Shown piece by piece: positions 7,580-17,742 of a DNA stretch of 54,030 nt. Position 1 is the stretch's first letter, and each line of letters begins with the position of its first letter. The stretch lies in contig JBDTXI010000142.1 of NCBI GenBank assembly GCA_040006255.1, positions 1 through 54,030 of the forward strand, in the 5' to 3' direction. Under the pieces are notes generated by a model. The model saw nothing but the letters and a program-made list of their open reading frames with translations. It had not been told where the DNA came from and did not search any database. The stretch is from Sphingomicrobium sp. Lineage in GTDB: Bacteria > Pseudomonadota > Alphaproteobacteria > Sphingomonadales > Sphingomonadaceae. The position numbers and the translations under genes are program-made.

Positions 7580-8806
7580 TTATAGGGGACGAACGGATCG
7601 CGCGGATCGTCGATTTGGCCCTAAGTCCAAAGTCCGCTTTCGACCCATTTCAGAGATCAGCGAATCCTGCCTTGCCAGCGTCAGCCCGCCTTCGTCCAAC
7701 CTGGTCTGGCCCCCGCGTGATTGATGAGCGGGGCAGCGGGCCGAGCTTACGAATGCTCCGCGCCTCGGCGCCCGCAATCTCCGTTCGCTCGGCCCGGCGA
7801 CCACCGGCCAGCCGTGGCGCCATTCGATGCGGTCAATGAGCATCACTCGCCGACTGTTCAATTCGTCGACCGGCTTCTCGCGGGGACGGCGCTGGTCGAC
7901 CGCGTGATAGACGATCCAGTCGTGCCCGGCGGCGTCGGTGACGATCGAATTGTGGCCCGGAGCAATCCATTTCCCGCGCTTTTGCAGAATGATGCTGTGC
8001 GGTTTGTCCGTCGCATGCTCGAGCGTTTCGAACGGGCCCAGAGCGCTTTTCGATCGCGCCACCATCACCGCGTAATCGGCCTTGGGGCCGCAGCAATTGT
8101 CGCCCGAATAGAAGAGATAATAATAAGCGCCGCGGCGGATCAACCACGATCCCTCGACCAGCACCGGAAACGCGCCCTTCGCCGGGTTGGGCCAGACCAG
8201 ATTCCTGGGCGCCGAGCCGGGGGCGAACGCGAGCCTGTCGCGCGCCAGTTCCTGTACCTTCAGCGGGGCGAAGCCCGAACCCCAGTAGAGCAGGCGTTTG
8301 TGCGTCGCCGGATCGTCGAACGCCATCGGGTCGATGTTGATGAACCCCTCACCGCATTGCAGCGGGTGACCGATGTCGATGAACGGCCCCCGGGGCGACG
8401 CCGCCGTGGCGACCCCCAGGCAGAGTCCATGGCGCTCGTCCGCGGTGTCCGGCTTGGCCGAGAAATACATCACGTAGCGCGCGCCGTCGCGCTGCACGTG
8501 GGGCGCCCAGAAATCCTGCGTCGTGACGGCCCATGCCGGCTTGGCGGACAGCGCGTCCCCGAGGTACTTCCAGTGCGCGAGGTCGGGCGAGCGCGCGACC
8601 TGGATGTTGACCCAATGCCCGTCGCGCTGCGTCTGCGTCGCATAGCCGTAATAGAATCCGTCGGGCGCGCGGATGACTGTCGGGTCGGGGAAATCCGCAT
8701 CGATGACCGGATTGGCGTAAGTCGCCTTGGCCGCCGCGCCGACAGCCGCCGTCGTTCCGCTCGTAAGAGCGAGTGAGACGAGCCCAAGGGTGACGAACGC
8801 GCGCAT
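7580..8806 (-). CDS. Secreted glycoside hydrolase family 43 (arabinanase-like); C-terminus reads through site copy 3
   Basis: Signal peptide; NPVIDADFPDP, FWAPHV, NIDP, VEGSW, APGHNS. Confidence 0.9.
   Translation of the reverse strand: MRAFVTLGLVSLALTSGTTAAVGAAAKATYANPVIDADFPDPTVIRAPDGFYYGYATQTQRDGHWVNIQVARSPDLAHWKYLGDALSAKPAWAVTTQDFWAPHVQRDGARYVMYFSAKPDTADERHGLCLGVATAASPRGPFIDIGHPLQCGEGFINIDPMAFDDPATHKRLLYWGSGFAPLKVQELARDRLAFAPGSAPRNLVWPNPAKGAFPVLVEGSWLIRRGAYYYLFYSGDNCCGPKADYAVMVARSKSALGPFETLEHATDKPHSIILQKRGKWIAPGHNSIVTDAAGHDWIVYHAVDQRRPREKPVDELNSRRVMLIDRIEWRHGWPVVAGPSERRLRAPRRGAFVSSARCPAHQSRGGQTRLDEGGLTLARQDSLISEMGRKRTLDLGPNRRSARSVRPL
7629..7658 (+). repeat. 30-bp site, copy 3 (right arm degenerate)
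   Basis: AAAGTCCGCTTT-CGACCC-ATTTCAGAGATC. Confidence 0.75.
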
Positions 8807-8884
8807 GTTTGAAGCATAGTTTGCGCAAGACCGTTGCGGAAGCGCGTTCGTTCGTTAGGCTGCGCGCAGGAGAGGAAGGCGCCC

Positions 8885-9910
8885 GTGGCATTTCGCGCTA
8901 TCGTTCGACGTCTGGGATTGGCCGCGGCGGCGTTGCTCTGCCTCGGCGCGGCGGCGCCCGACGCTTCGTTCGTCCCGGTGTTCACCGAGAATTTCCCCGA
9001 CCCGTTCGTTCTACTTCACGACGGCCAGTTCATCGCTTACTCGACCAACGACGGTCCGAACGTGCCGGTGGCGACCTCGCGCGACCTCATCCACTGGAGC
9101 TTCGCGACGGACGCGCAGGGCAGAAAACGCGACGCGCTGCCGCGGTTGGGGAGCTGGGCGAAACCGGGCTTCACCTGGGCGCCGGAAGTGCTTGAGCTGA
9201 ACGGCCGCTTCCTACTGTATTATACCGCCAGCGATACGAAGAAGAACTCGCAATGTATCGGGGTCGCCGTGGCCGCCGATCCGCTCGGGCCGTTCGTCGA
9301 TTCCTCGCCCGAGCCGCTGGTGTGCCAGACCGACCTTGGCGGAAGCATCGACGCCGATGCGTTTCGCGACTCCGACGGCAGGCTCTTTCTCTACTTCAAG
9401 AACGACGGCAACCGCGTCGGCAAGCATAGCGCCATCTGGGCGCAGCAACTCGCGGCCGACGGGCTTTCCGTGTCCGGCCAGCCGGTCGAGCTGATTCACG
9501 ACGACAAGGGGTGGGAGCAGCGCCTGGTGGAAGCGCCGACCATGGTCCATTCGCCGGCCGGCTATGAACTGTTTTTCTCCGCCGCCTTTTTCGGCTGGAA
9601 CGAAGGCCAGGATCTGTCGCCCTACGCGATGGGCTATGCCGACTGCTCGGGCCCCCTTGGCCCGTGCACCAAGTCGCCGGCAAACCCGCTCCTGCACAGC
9701 TTCTACGACCGCCAGGCGGGATGCCTAAGCGGCCCCGGGCACCAGAGCATCTTCCAGGTCGGCGCGCGCAGTTTCATGAGCTTCCACGCGTGGCAGGCGT
9801 CGAGCGGCTGCCACAAGGTCGACGACAAGCGCTTCCTCTACATCGCGCCGATTTTCTGGAAGGACGGCAAGCCGCAGATCGGCGTCGGGCTAAGGCCGAC
9901 TGGACCTTAG
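8885..9910 (+). CDS. Secreted glycoside hydrolase family 43
   Basis: NFPDPFV, TWAPEV, GSIDAD, LVEAP, GPGHQS; likely GTG start after a GAGGAAGG RBS. Confidence 0.9.
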   Translation: MAFRAIVRRLGLAAAALLCLGAAAPDASFVPVFTENFPDPFVLLHDGQFIAYSTNDGPNVPVATSRDLIHWSFATDAQGRKRDALPRLGSWAKPGFTWAPEVLELNGRFLLYYTASDTKKNSQCIGVAVAADPLGPFVDSSPEPLVCQTDLGGSIDADAFRDSDGRLFLYFKNDGNRVGKHSAIWAQQLAADGLSVSGQPVELIHDDKGWEQRLVEAPTMVHSPAGYELFFSAAFFGWNEGQDLSPYAMGYADCSGPLGPCTKSPANPLLHSFYDRQAGCLSGPGHQSIFQVGARSFMSFHAWQASSGCHKVDDKRFLYIAPIFWKDGKPQIGVGLRPTGP

Positions 9911-9915
9911 CACGT

Positions 9916-11433
9916 CTACTTCCGCCGCACCTCAGCACGGCAGACCTGGGCGATGAAGTCCCCATGCGACGGCATCTGCTCGGCCATCCGGCGGTAGCTG
10001 ACCCGCATCTTGTCGAGCGCGTCGGCGGCGACAGCCCGATCGATCGCCATGGCCGCCGGCTCCGGCTCCTGCGGAACGACTCCCTGCCCGAGCAGGACAG
10101 CAACCCAGCTCGGCGCCCCAAACAGCTCTTGGCCGTCGCGGAACAACCGCCCTTTGGATCGCCACAGGTCGAGCTTCGACGCGAGCTTGTCCGGCAGGTC
10201 CATCGTCCGGCAGTAATTCCAGAATTCGGAATCGTCGCGGCGGGTGGCCTTGTAGTGGAGGATAATGAAGTCGCGGACGTCCTCGAACACGTCCTGCATC
10301 TGCCGGTTATATTCGTCGCGCTCGGCCGGATCGAAACGCCGGTCTGGGAATAGCGCGAGCAGCTTGCCGATCCCGCTCTGGACGAGGTGGATGCTGGTCG
10401 ATTCGAGCGGTTCGACGAAACCGCTCGAAAGGCCACGCGACACGACATTGGCGTTCCAAGCGAGCCGCCGCCGGCCAGCCGCAAAGGAAAGGTGCCGCGC
10501 GGGCGCCAGCGGTTCCCCGTCGAGATTGGCGAGCAGCAGCGCCTCGGCCTCGTCGCGGCCGAGATGGGCGCCCGAATAGACCAGCCCGTTGCCCATCCGG
10601 TGCTGGAGCGGGATGCGCCATTGCCAGCCGCTCGTGCGCGCGGTCGAGCGGGTGAAGGGGTCGGGCGGACCGGGGAGCTGGCAGGGCACGGCCACCGCGC
10701 GGTCGCACGGCAACCATTTGCCCCAATCGACCCAGCCGGTGCCCAGTTTCTCCTCGATCAGTAGGCCGCGAAAGCCGGAGCAGTCGATGAACAACTCGCC
10801 CTCGATGGTCTGGCCGCCGGCGAGCGTGACCGACCGCACATGACCAGTTCCGCTATCTAGGCTCGCCTCGACGATCTTGCCCTCGACGCGGCGCACGCTT
10901 TTGCCCTCGGCGTGGCGGCGCAGGAACTGCGCATAGAGCCCCGCATCCAGGTGGAATGCGTAGATCAGCTGGGACAGCGGCAGGCGCGCGCCCGGACCCG
11001 GGCGCGCAAAGCGCCCGAGCTCGGCGGCGACGGCGCTCATCGACCATTCGCGGATGTCCGGGAGGTCGCGGTGCTTCACCTCGCGCAAATAGAGCTGGTG
11101 AAAATGCACGCCGCTCAAGTCCGCTCCGTGAGCGCCAAAGGGGTGGAAATATCGCTCGCCGAGCGCGCCCCAATCGACGAATTCGATGCCGAGCTTGAAC
11201 GTACCCTGGGTCGCCGCGAGGAACTCGTCCTCGTTCAGGCCGAGCATGTCGTTGAAGGCGATGAGCGGGGGGATTGTCGCTTCGCCCACGCCGACCGTCC
11301 CGATCTCATCGGATTCGACGAGCACGATTTCGACCGACCCACTCGGGAGTGAAGCGGACAACGCGGCGGCGGCCATCCACCCAGCCGTGCCCCCGCCGAC
11401 GATGACAATTTTGCGGATCGCGTGTTCGCTCAT
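9916..11433 (-). CDS. Tryptophan halogenase-family flavin-dependent enzyme
   Basis: GGGTAGW, IGTVGVGEATIP, TFKLGIEF (catalytic Lys), WQWRIP, GFVEPLESTSIH. Confidence 0.93.
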   Translation of the reverse strand: MSEHAIRKIVIVGGGTAGWMAAAALSASLPSGSVEIVLVESDEIGTVGVGEATIPPLIAFNDMLGLNEDEFLAATQGTFKLGIEFVDWGALGERYFHPFGAHGADLSGVHFHQLYLREVKHRDLPDIREWSMSAVAAELGRFARPGPGARLPLSQLIYAFHLDAGLYAQFLRRHAEGKSVRRVEGKIVEASLDSGTGHVRSVTLAGGQTIEGELFIDCSGFRGLLIEEKLGTGWVDWGKWLPCDRAVAVPCQLPGPPDPFTRSTARTSGWQWRIPLQHRMGNGLVYSGAHLGRDEAEALLLANLDGEPLAPARHLSFAAGRRRLAWNANVVSRGLSSGFVEPLESTSIHLVQSGIGKLLALFPDRRFDPAERDEYNRQMQDVFEDVRDFIILHYKATRRDDSEFWNYCRTMDLPDKLASKLDLWRSKGRLFRDGQELFGAPSWVAVLLGQGVVPQEPEPAAMAIDRAVAADALDKMRVSYRRMAEQMPSHGDFIAQVCRAEVRRK

Positions 11434-11535
11434 GCAGCCATCCTGCACGGGCTACCGGTCGAGGCAAGCCTAGCCATGGAGGCAAGCGCCAAGGCCGAGG
11501 CACCAGTCCCCGGCCTTCTCGCATTCAGACGGCGC

Positions 11536-14500
11536 TTAACCGCGCTCCGGAGCCGCGGCTGGCGGCGGCGGTGGCGGAGGAGCGGCCGGCGAAGGCGCTT
11601 CCACGACCGGTGGCGGTGGTGGCGGCAGAGGAGCCGGCGGCGGTGGCGGAGCAGCCGTCGGAGCGCCACCCCCGAACCGGAACCGCACGCCAAGCGACAG
11701 GATGCGCTCGGTGTAGCGGGCGCGCCACGCGAACTTGACGCGCGAACTCGTGCCAGGATCGAGCGACGTGCCGGTTGGATCCATGCGGACCAGATCGACC
11801 TTCTGCGGCTTGTCGAGAATGTTCGTCCAGTCACCAAAGACCGTGAAGCGGTCGCGGAAGTTGTAACTTGCCGAAAGATCAAGCCGGCCGGGCTCATGGA
11901 TTTTCTGCCGCAGCACATAGGGATTATAAATGACCGCGCCCGCCTCGGGGCCAGTGGTGATGCTTGTGCAGCAGCTCGAGAAATCCGCGCGCTCCGACCA
12001 GTCTCCCCAGTATGGACTGCGCTTGTTGTAGGCGAGTCGAATTGAAATCGGGCCGTGCTCGAACATTCCGATGAGGTTGTACGAGAATCGCGATACGTTG
12101 AGCAGCGGCCGCGTGATCTGATCCGCGGGATCATTCGTCAGACGGGTGCACGCATCGGGATTGTTGAAATTGCAGGTTGGAATTGTGAATGGCCGCGGGA
12201 ATTTCGCCCCGTGGTTCAAGTAAGTGGCATTTGCCTGGATACCGAACGAGCGCAGCCAGGTCGGCGCCCCCTGGAAATCGAAAAAGGTGCTGATCTGGCC
12301 TTCAAATCCTTTGACGTGCCCCTTCCCCGAGTTGATCGGAGCATTGATGCGCAAGGGGAATCCGCCCTGCGTGCCTGCGGTGAAGGAAGACGGCGTCACG
12401 AACCCTTCGAACTCGTGGTCGAACGCCGCAAAGGCCGCGAAGCCCGTTGATGAGAAATAATATTCCAGGCTCGCGTCGTAATTGTTCGATTTGAGGTCTT
12501 TGAGGTCCGGATTACCCCCATTGGCGATCGTTTCGCAGAGGGCGTTCAAGCTGCTGCAGCCGGTCGGCGGCTGGCCGATGCTGATCGATGGACTGAGGTC
12601 GCCGAACTGCGGACGGGTGCGCGTCTTTGTTGCGGCGAGTCGCAATTGCAGCTCGCGCGTAAACTGGATTCGCGCATTGAAATTCGGCAGCCAGAATGTC
12701 TCTTTCTGGTTGGCGCTAACCGGATCCAGCGCGAAAGTGCCGCCCCCGAGATTCGTTCGCTGGGTACCGTTGATCTTGCGGTTGGCGTGCACGCCACGAA
12801 GTCCGAGTTGGCCATCGACGGCGATGCCGCCGAGGTTGAATGCCCAGTCGGCCTGGACATAAGCGGCAAGGCTCTTCTCGTTCGCGCGGAAGCCTGCGCT
12901 CGGGTCATAAGGCACGGGCGTTGTCGTCAGGAACCCGACGAACTGCCGCAACTCCGTCAGACTGTTGCGGATGCTCGAATAGGTCGGCGTGAGCCAGCTG
13001 GTGGGGAACGGCGCGATGTCGGCGCCCCTGAACCCCGGACTGAACAGCTGATAATCGAGCGGCACGGCGGTGATCGGCGTGCCATACACATCGGGGAAGC
13101 CTGGGAGGCGCGTCGGCGCGTCGCGGCTATAGCGACTGCCGTAAGAGCGGCTGGCGTCGCGATTGACGTAACGCACACCCCACCGGAGCTTCGGCAGGAA
13201 GTTCAGGCCTGTCTGGTAATTGAAGTCGACGCGACCCTGCCAGTCCTTGCCTGTCGCCCTCTGATTCTCCTCGAACAGCCCGCGGAAGGCGTAATTGTTC
13301 GGATCGGACGGGTTGAAGCCAACCAGCTCGAAGCTCGGGATGTCTCCCGGTGCGCCAATCGTGAAATTGACGGTCTGGCCGCAATTGAACGGATCATTAT
13401 TGCCGGGAACGCTCGGGCACAGCCGGTAGTCCACGCTCTCGGTCGAGCCCGTGAACGTGCTGTTGGTCCGCGCAAGGTCGGCCGTAATCTGCAGCGGGCC
13501 CGCATCGTAACGGCCGCCGGCGGCAATCTGATAAGTGTTCGTTTTGTTGTAGGTGCCGCCCTGCCAGCCTTCGCCGCGCCGCGGATTGAAAACGGTGCCG
13601 CTCTCGATCAGATTGGTTCCCGGCTGAAATTCCAGATTTGTGTACGATGCTCCGCCCCACAACGGTTGTTGGAATTGCCGGTCCTGGATCTCATGCCGGA
13701 AGCCCTGCCACAGCCCTTCGACGTAGAATTCGAGGTTGGGATTGGGTCGCCACTGAATGGCGCCGTTGAGCGACGGACGGGTGCGCGTCGCCTCGTCATA
13801 TTCGATGTACGGCCAGTCGGGGAAACGCCCGGCGTTCGGGCCTGGCGCCACGAAATAAGCGTTGGAGCTGATGGAATCGAGATAGTGCAGTCTGGTGTAT
13901 GAGAAATTGAGCAAGGCGCCCATTTCCCCGTCGCCGACCCGCCACCGGTCCGTGATCATGATGTTGCCGTTCGGGTTCCAGCCACCTGCCTGGCGCGGGT
14001 GAAGCTCCCAGAACGAGCCGTTGAGCTCGAAGCCCTTGAAGTCGAACGGGCGCCGTGAACGGACGTTGATGAGGCCCGTGATTCCGGGCTCGATCAGGTT
14101 CGCTGTCGACGTCTTGAACGCCTCGAGCGCCGCGATTGCGCCGGATGGGAAATCCTGCAGCGCGACCGAGCGCGTCTCCGCCGTGAAAATCTCGCGGCTA
14201 TTGTACGTGGTCGTATAGAACGCCCGGTCGAGGCCGCGTAGCAGTACGCGGTCGGCTTCGCCGCGCTCGCGCGTGACTTGGATGCCAGGGATGCGCGCAG
14301 CCGTATCCGACACCGCGATGTCGGGCAGCTTGCCGATGTCCGACGCGACGATCGCATCGACGATCTGGTCGCTGTTGCGCTTGACGTTGCGCGCCGACTG
14401 CAGCGAGCGGCGCATGCCGGTCACGACGATCGTCGAATTGTCGCTTCCGCCGGCAGCCGCGGGGCTCTGCGGAGCGTCGGCATTTTGCGCCGGTGTCGCG

Positions 14501-14628
14501 GGACTTTCTTGCGCCGTCGCGCCGGGGTCGAGAGCACCCGGCTGACCTTGCGCCAGAGCCGGATTGGCGCCGGCGAAAACCGCAACAAGCGCAGTCGTTG
14601 ACATGAGCAGAGTTGTTACGCGCCGCAT
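11536..14628 (-). CDS. TonB-dependent receptor with Pro-rich C-terminal tail
   Basis: Signal peptide, TIVVTG TonB-box region, DAIVASDIGKLPD plug, GGNPDLK, ...SLGVRFRF followed by a poly-Pro tail ending PERG. Confidence 0.95.
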   Translation of the reverse strand: MRRVTTLLMSTTALVAVFAGANPALAQGQPGALDPGATAQESPATPAQNADAPQSPAAAGGSDNSTIVVTGMRRSLQSARNVKRNSDQIVDAIVASDIGKLPDIAVSDTAARIPGIQVTRERGEADRVLLRGLDRAFYTTTYNSREIFTAETRSVALQDFPSGAIAALEAFKTSTANLIEPGITGLINVRSRRPFDFKGFELNGSFWELHPRQAGGWNPNGNIMITDRWRVGDGEMGALLNFSYTRLHYLDSISSNAYFVAPGPNAGRFPDWPYIEYDEATRTRPSLNGAIQWRPNPNLEFYVEGLWQGFRHEIQDRQFQQPLWGGASYTNLEFQPGTNLIESGTVFNPRRGEGWQGGTYNKTNTYQIAAGGRYDAGPLQITADLARTNSTFTGSTESVDYRLCPSVPGNNDPFNCGQTVNFTIGAPGDIPSFELVGFNPSDPNNYAFRGLFEENQRATGKDWQGRVDFNYQTGLNFLPKLRWGVRYVNRDASRSYGSRYSRDAPTRLPGFPDVYGTPITAVPLDYQLFSPGFRGADIAPFPTSWLTPTYSSIRNSLTELRQFVGFLTTTPVPYDPSAGFRANEKSLAAYVQADWAFNLGGIAVDGQLGLRGVHANRKINGTQRTNLGGGTFALDPVSANQKETFWLPNFNARIQFTRELQLRLAATKTRTRPQFGDLSPSISIGQPPTGCSSLNALCETIANGGNPDLKDLKSNNYDASLEYYFSSTGFAAFAAFDHEFEGFVTPSSFTAGTQGGFPLRINAPINSGKGHVKGFEGQISTFFDFQGAPTWLRSFGIQANATYLNHGAKFPRPFTIPTCNFNNPDACTRLTNDPADQITRPLLNVSRFSYNLIGMFEHGPISIRLAYNKRSPYWGDWSERADFSSCCTSITTGPEAGAVIYNPYVLRQKIHEPGRLDLSASYNFRDRFTVFGDWTNILDKPQKVDLVRMDPTGTSLDPGTSSRVKFAWRARYTERILSLGVRFRFGGGAPTAAPPPPPAPLPPPPPPVVEAPSPAAPPPPPPPAAAPERG

Positions 14629-14642
14629 GATGAGCCCCCTCT

Positions 14643-14686
14643 GGCGACAATCAGCCATTTCCCGTGGCTTACGACAATCCTACGAC
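14643..14686. promoter_or_regulatory. Possible operator repeats upstream of the TonB receptor
   Basis: CGACAATC occurs twice, and TTACGACAATCCTACGAC contains a TACGAC direct repeat. Confidence 0.25.
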
Positions 14687-14733
14687 GGCGGTTGATAAAC
14701 TTTCAAGCGGCAATCGAGCCACACTGAGCCAAG

Positions 14734-16041
14734 TTATTTTACTTCCGCGAGCAGCGCGTCGACACGGCGTTCAGCCTCCGCCAGCGCGCGCGGAACCGTC
14801 TTCTGCCCGGTGAACGCCGCGGCGGCTTCTTCGCCGACGATTCCTTCGATTGCATTTTGCCTTTGCACATAGCTCGGAAGCGGCCGTCCAATCGAAGCCA
14901 GCGGGGCAATGTCGGCGCGATGCGGAAGCGCCTTGAACCGCGGATCGTCGAGCACCGCTTTGAACGCGGGGATATGCCCGGTCCGCGCCCAGTCGAAATT
15001 GTGCGCGGCCATGAAACGGAAGAAGCGCGCGATCGCCTCGCGTTGCTTTGCGCTGCGCTTGCGCGCGGGGACGATCCAGCTGTGTCCGCTGACGAATTCG
15101 ACATGATTTCCCCACAGCCGCGGGTAGGGGAACACCGCATAGCTTTTGTACAGCGGCCGGCCCGGAGTTTCGGCTTCCTTTTGGAACGAGCCGATCATCC
15201 AAGTGCCCGTCGGATAAATGCCGCCCTCGCCACTCACGAACGCGGCGATCGCGCCCGGCGTGTCCATGTTCAGCGTGCCCAAGCGCTCGGCGTTGATGTG
15301 CGCAAAAAGGGTCGCGACCTGCACCCCCACCGGCGTGTTCAGGCGGATGTGCCTGGGGTCGGGGAACAGCACCGCGCCTTGCGCCATCATGTAGGTGTAG
15401 AGATTGCGCGCGGCGAACGCGGTGTCGCCGACGTTACTTTGAATGAGATAAGGCTTGCCGGTGCGCGCCTCGAATTGCCGCGCTTGGGCGATCAGCTCGT
15501 CCGCCGTGTTGGGCAGGATCGGCGTGCCGCCGCGCATCAATCCGGCCTTCGCGAACAACGCCGTATTGACGTGGAACAAGCCGCCGTGCGTGTCCCAGGG
15601 CAGGCCGTAAATGTGGCCGCCGATGGTCACACCTTGGCGCGCCGCCGGCGTGAAACTGTCGGGCGTGATTCCGGCCGCTGCGAGATAGGGATCGACCGCT
15701 TCAACCAGGCCCTTCGCGGCGTAATCGGAAATCACGCCTTCGTGCATGGTGACGAGATCGGGCGGATCGCGCGCAGCCATTTGCGCCGTCAGCTGCGGAT
15801 AGCCGGGCCAGGCGACGACGTTGACGTCGACATGTACGTCCGGGTTCTCGGCGTTGAAGCGAGCGATCATCGTAGTGATGATCCCGCATTCGCCTTCGGC
15901 TGCGGCAATGTCGGTGTTGCCGCCATATTCGGCGCCGCATTCACCGAAGAATCGCTGCAGGTAGAGGTGCGTTTTGTGGTCGGGCCGGGCACAACTCGCG
16001 AGCGCAACCGCGAGCAGCAATAGGCAAGCCGAGCGGATCAT
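14734..16041 (-). CDS. Carbohydrate ABC transporter substrate-binding lipoprotein
   Basis: Lipobox LASC; PPDLV, IYGLPWD; ATGA overlap with the permease. Confidence 0.88.
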   Translation of the reverse strand: MIRSACLLLLAVALASCARPDHKTHLYLQRFFGECGAEYGGNTDIAAAEGECGIITTMIARFNAENPDVHVDVNVVAWPGYPQLTAQMAARDPPDLVTMHEGVISDYAAKGLVEAVDPYLAAAGITPDSFTPAARQGVTIGGHIYGLPWDTHGGLFHVNTALFAKAGLMRGGTPILPNTADELIAQARQFEARTGKPYLIQSNVGDTAFAARNLYTYMMAQGAVLFPDPRHIRLNTPVGVQVATLFAHINAERLGTLNMDTPGAIAAFVSGEGGIYPTGTWMIGSFQKEAETPGRPLYKSYAVFPYPRLWGNHVEFVSGHSWIVPARKRSAKQREAIARFFRFMAAHNFDWARTGHIPAFKAVLDDPRFKALPHRADIAPLASIGRPLPSYVQRQNAIEGIVGEEAAAAFTGQKTVPRALAEAERRVDALLAEVK

Positions 16042-16874
16042 CGCACCGCGGTTCCCGCCATCGCTCGCACGATCTGCTTCTGGAACACGATGTAGACGAT
16101 GAAGATCGGGACCGACGCGAAGACCGCCTGCGCCATCAGGAACCCGAGCCCGCTGGTCTGCGCGTAATTCATCTGCGACGCGGCAAGGCCGACGGTCAAC
16201 GTGTACATTTCGCTGCGCGTGGCGGAGATTAGCGGCCACCAATAATCGTTCCAGCTGCCGAGGAAGGTGAACACGGCAAGCGTCGATTGGGCGGGCTTGG
16301 TCAGCGGGAGGATAATCTTCCAGAAGATCGTCCAGTGCGACGCCCCGTCAAGCATCGCCGCTTCATCCAGCTCGCGCGGAATGCCACGCATATAGGTGGT
16401 CATGAAGAACACGCCGAACGGGGCAATCAGCCCGGGCAGCATCAGCCCCGGATAGGTGTTGTGCAAATGCGCCCAGGCGAACAGCTGGTGCTGGGGCAGG
16501 ATCACCGCCTGGCTGGGCACGGCAAGGCCGAGCACGACGATGACGAACAGCGTGCGACGAAAGGGAAAGTCGAGGCGCGCGAAACCGAAACCGGCGAGGC
16601 TTGCGAGAATGAGCACGCCGGCGGTCGTTCCCAAAGCCACGATCGCGCTGTTCAACAGCCAGCGCATGGTCGAGCTGTTGCCGAAGATCGCTGCATAGTT
16701 CTGCAACGTGTAGGGCGGGTGCAGCGCGGCGCCGCTGTGCCCGACGAGCTCGCCGTTGTCTTTGAGCGAAAGCGCCAGAGTCCACAGCAAAGGCGCGACC
16801 ATGATCAGCGCGCCGATCGCTAGCGCGGCCCAACCCGCCGGCGTCAGTCGACCACGCTGGAGGCTAACGGCCAT
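16038..16874 (-). CDS. Carbohydrate ABC permease (MalG-like)
   Basis: IPRELDEAAMLDGAS EAA loop; FLGSWNDYWWP. Confidence 0.93.
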   Translation of the reverse strand: MAVSLQRGRLTPAGWAALAIGALIMVAPLLWTLALSLKDNGELVGHSGAALHPPYTLQNYAAIFGNSSTMRWLLNSAIVALGTTAGVLILASLAGFGFARLDFPFRRTLFVIVVLGLAVPSQAVILPQHQLFAWAHLHNTYPGLMLPGLIAPFGVFFMTTYMRGIPRELDEAAMLDGASHWTIFWKIILPLTKPAQSTLAVFTFLGSWNDYWWPLISATRSEMYTLTVGLAASQMNYAQTSGLGFLMAQAVFASVPIFIVYIVFQKQIVRAMAGTAVR

Positions 16875-17742
16875 TGTGCGCCGGATTGGTTCGGCCGGTC
16901 GCCCAATATTGGGTGATCGTGACGGCGAGGATGATCAGGAACAGCACCTCCGCCGCTGCACTGGCATAGCCCATCTCCCATTGCCCGAACGCCGTTTCGA
17001 ACAGGAACAGGACGGCGGTTCGCGAAGCGCCGCTCGGCCCGCCCGCGGTCAACAGCTGCGATTGTCCGAACAGCTGCAGTTGCGCCGCGGTCTGGAGCAT
17101 GACGACCAGGACCATGGTGCGCTTGAGCGACGGCAGGGTGATCCGCCAGAAGCTCGTCCACCGGCTCGCGTTGTCGAGCGCCGCCGCTTCGTACATGTCT
17201 TCGGGAATCTGCTGCAATCCGGCAAGGAACAGCAGCATTGGAAAACCGAGCGACCACCAGATCGTGGTGATCGCGATGGCCGGAAGAACGAGGTGCGAGT
17301 CGCTGAGGAACGGCAAGGGATCGCGTCCGAGCCATTTCCATGTTTCACCTAGCAGCCCCGCGTCCGGCGCCAGGACGAACCGCCAGATCAACGTCACGAT
17401 CGTCACCGACAACACCGCCGACGAGAAGAACAGCCCGCGGATGAGCGCCGCGCCCTTGCCGGCGGAGTTCAGCGCCAACGCCAGCAGCAAGGCGAGCACG
17501 GTGAGCGGCGGCACGATCATCAACGCGAGTTCGAACGTGTTGACCAGCGACGTCGCGAAAATGGGGTCCTGCGCCAGCCGCGCATAATTGGCGGCACCGA
17601 CGAAATGCCCGGCGCCGAACAAATCGACCTGGTTGAGACTGAGCCACAGGCCGCGGAAGACGGGAAAGATGAGGATGACCGCGTACAGCAGCAGGAACGG
17701 AGCGACGAACAACAGGCCGCGCCAGCTCCGGTCGCTGGTCAT
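16864..17742 (-). CDS. Carbohydrate ABC permease (MalF-like)
   Basis: FLAGLQQIPEDMYEAAALDNAS. Confidence 0.93.
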   Translation of the reverse strand: MTSDRSWRGLLFVAPFLLLYAVILIFPVFRGLWLSLNQVDLFGAGHFVGAANYARLAQDPIFATSLVNTFELALMIVPPLTVLALLLALALNSAGKGAALIRGLFFSSAVLSVTIVTLIWRFVLAPDAGLLGETWKWLGRDPLPFLSDSHLVLPAIAITTIWWSLGFPMLLFLAGLQQIPEDMYEAAALDNASRWTSFWRITLPSLKRTMVLVVMLQTAAQLQLFGQSQLLTAGGPSGASRTAVLFLFETAFGQWEMGYASAAAEVLFLIILAVTITQYWATGRTNPAHNGR

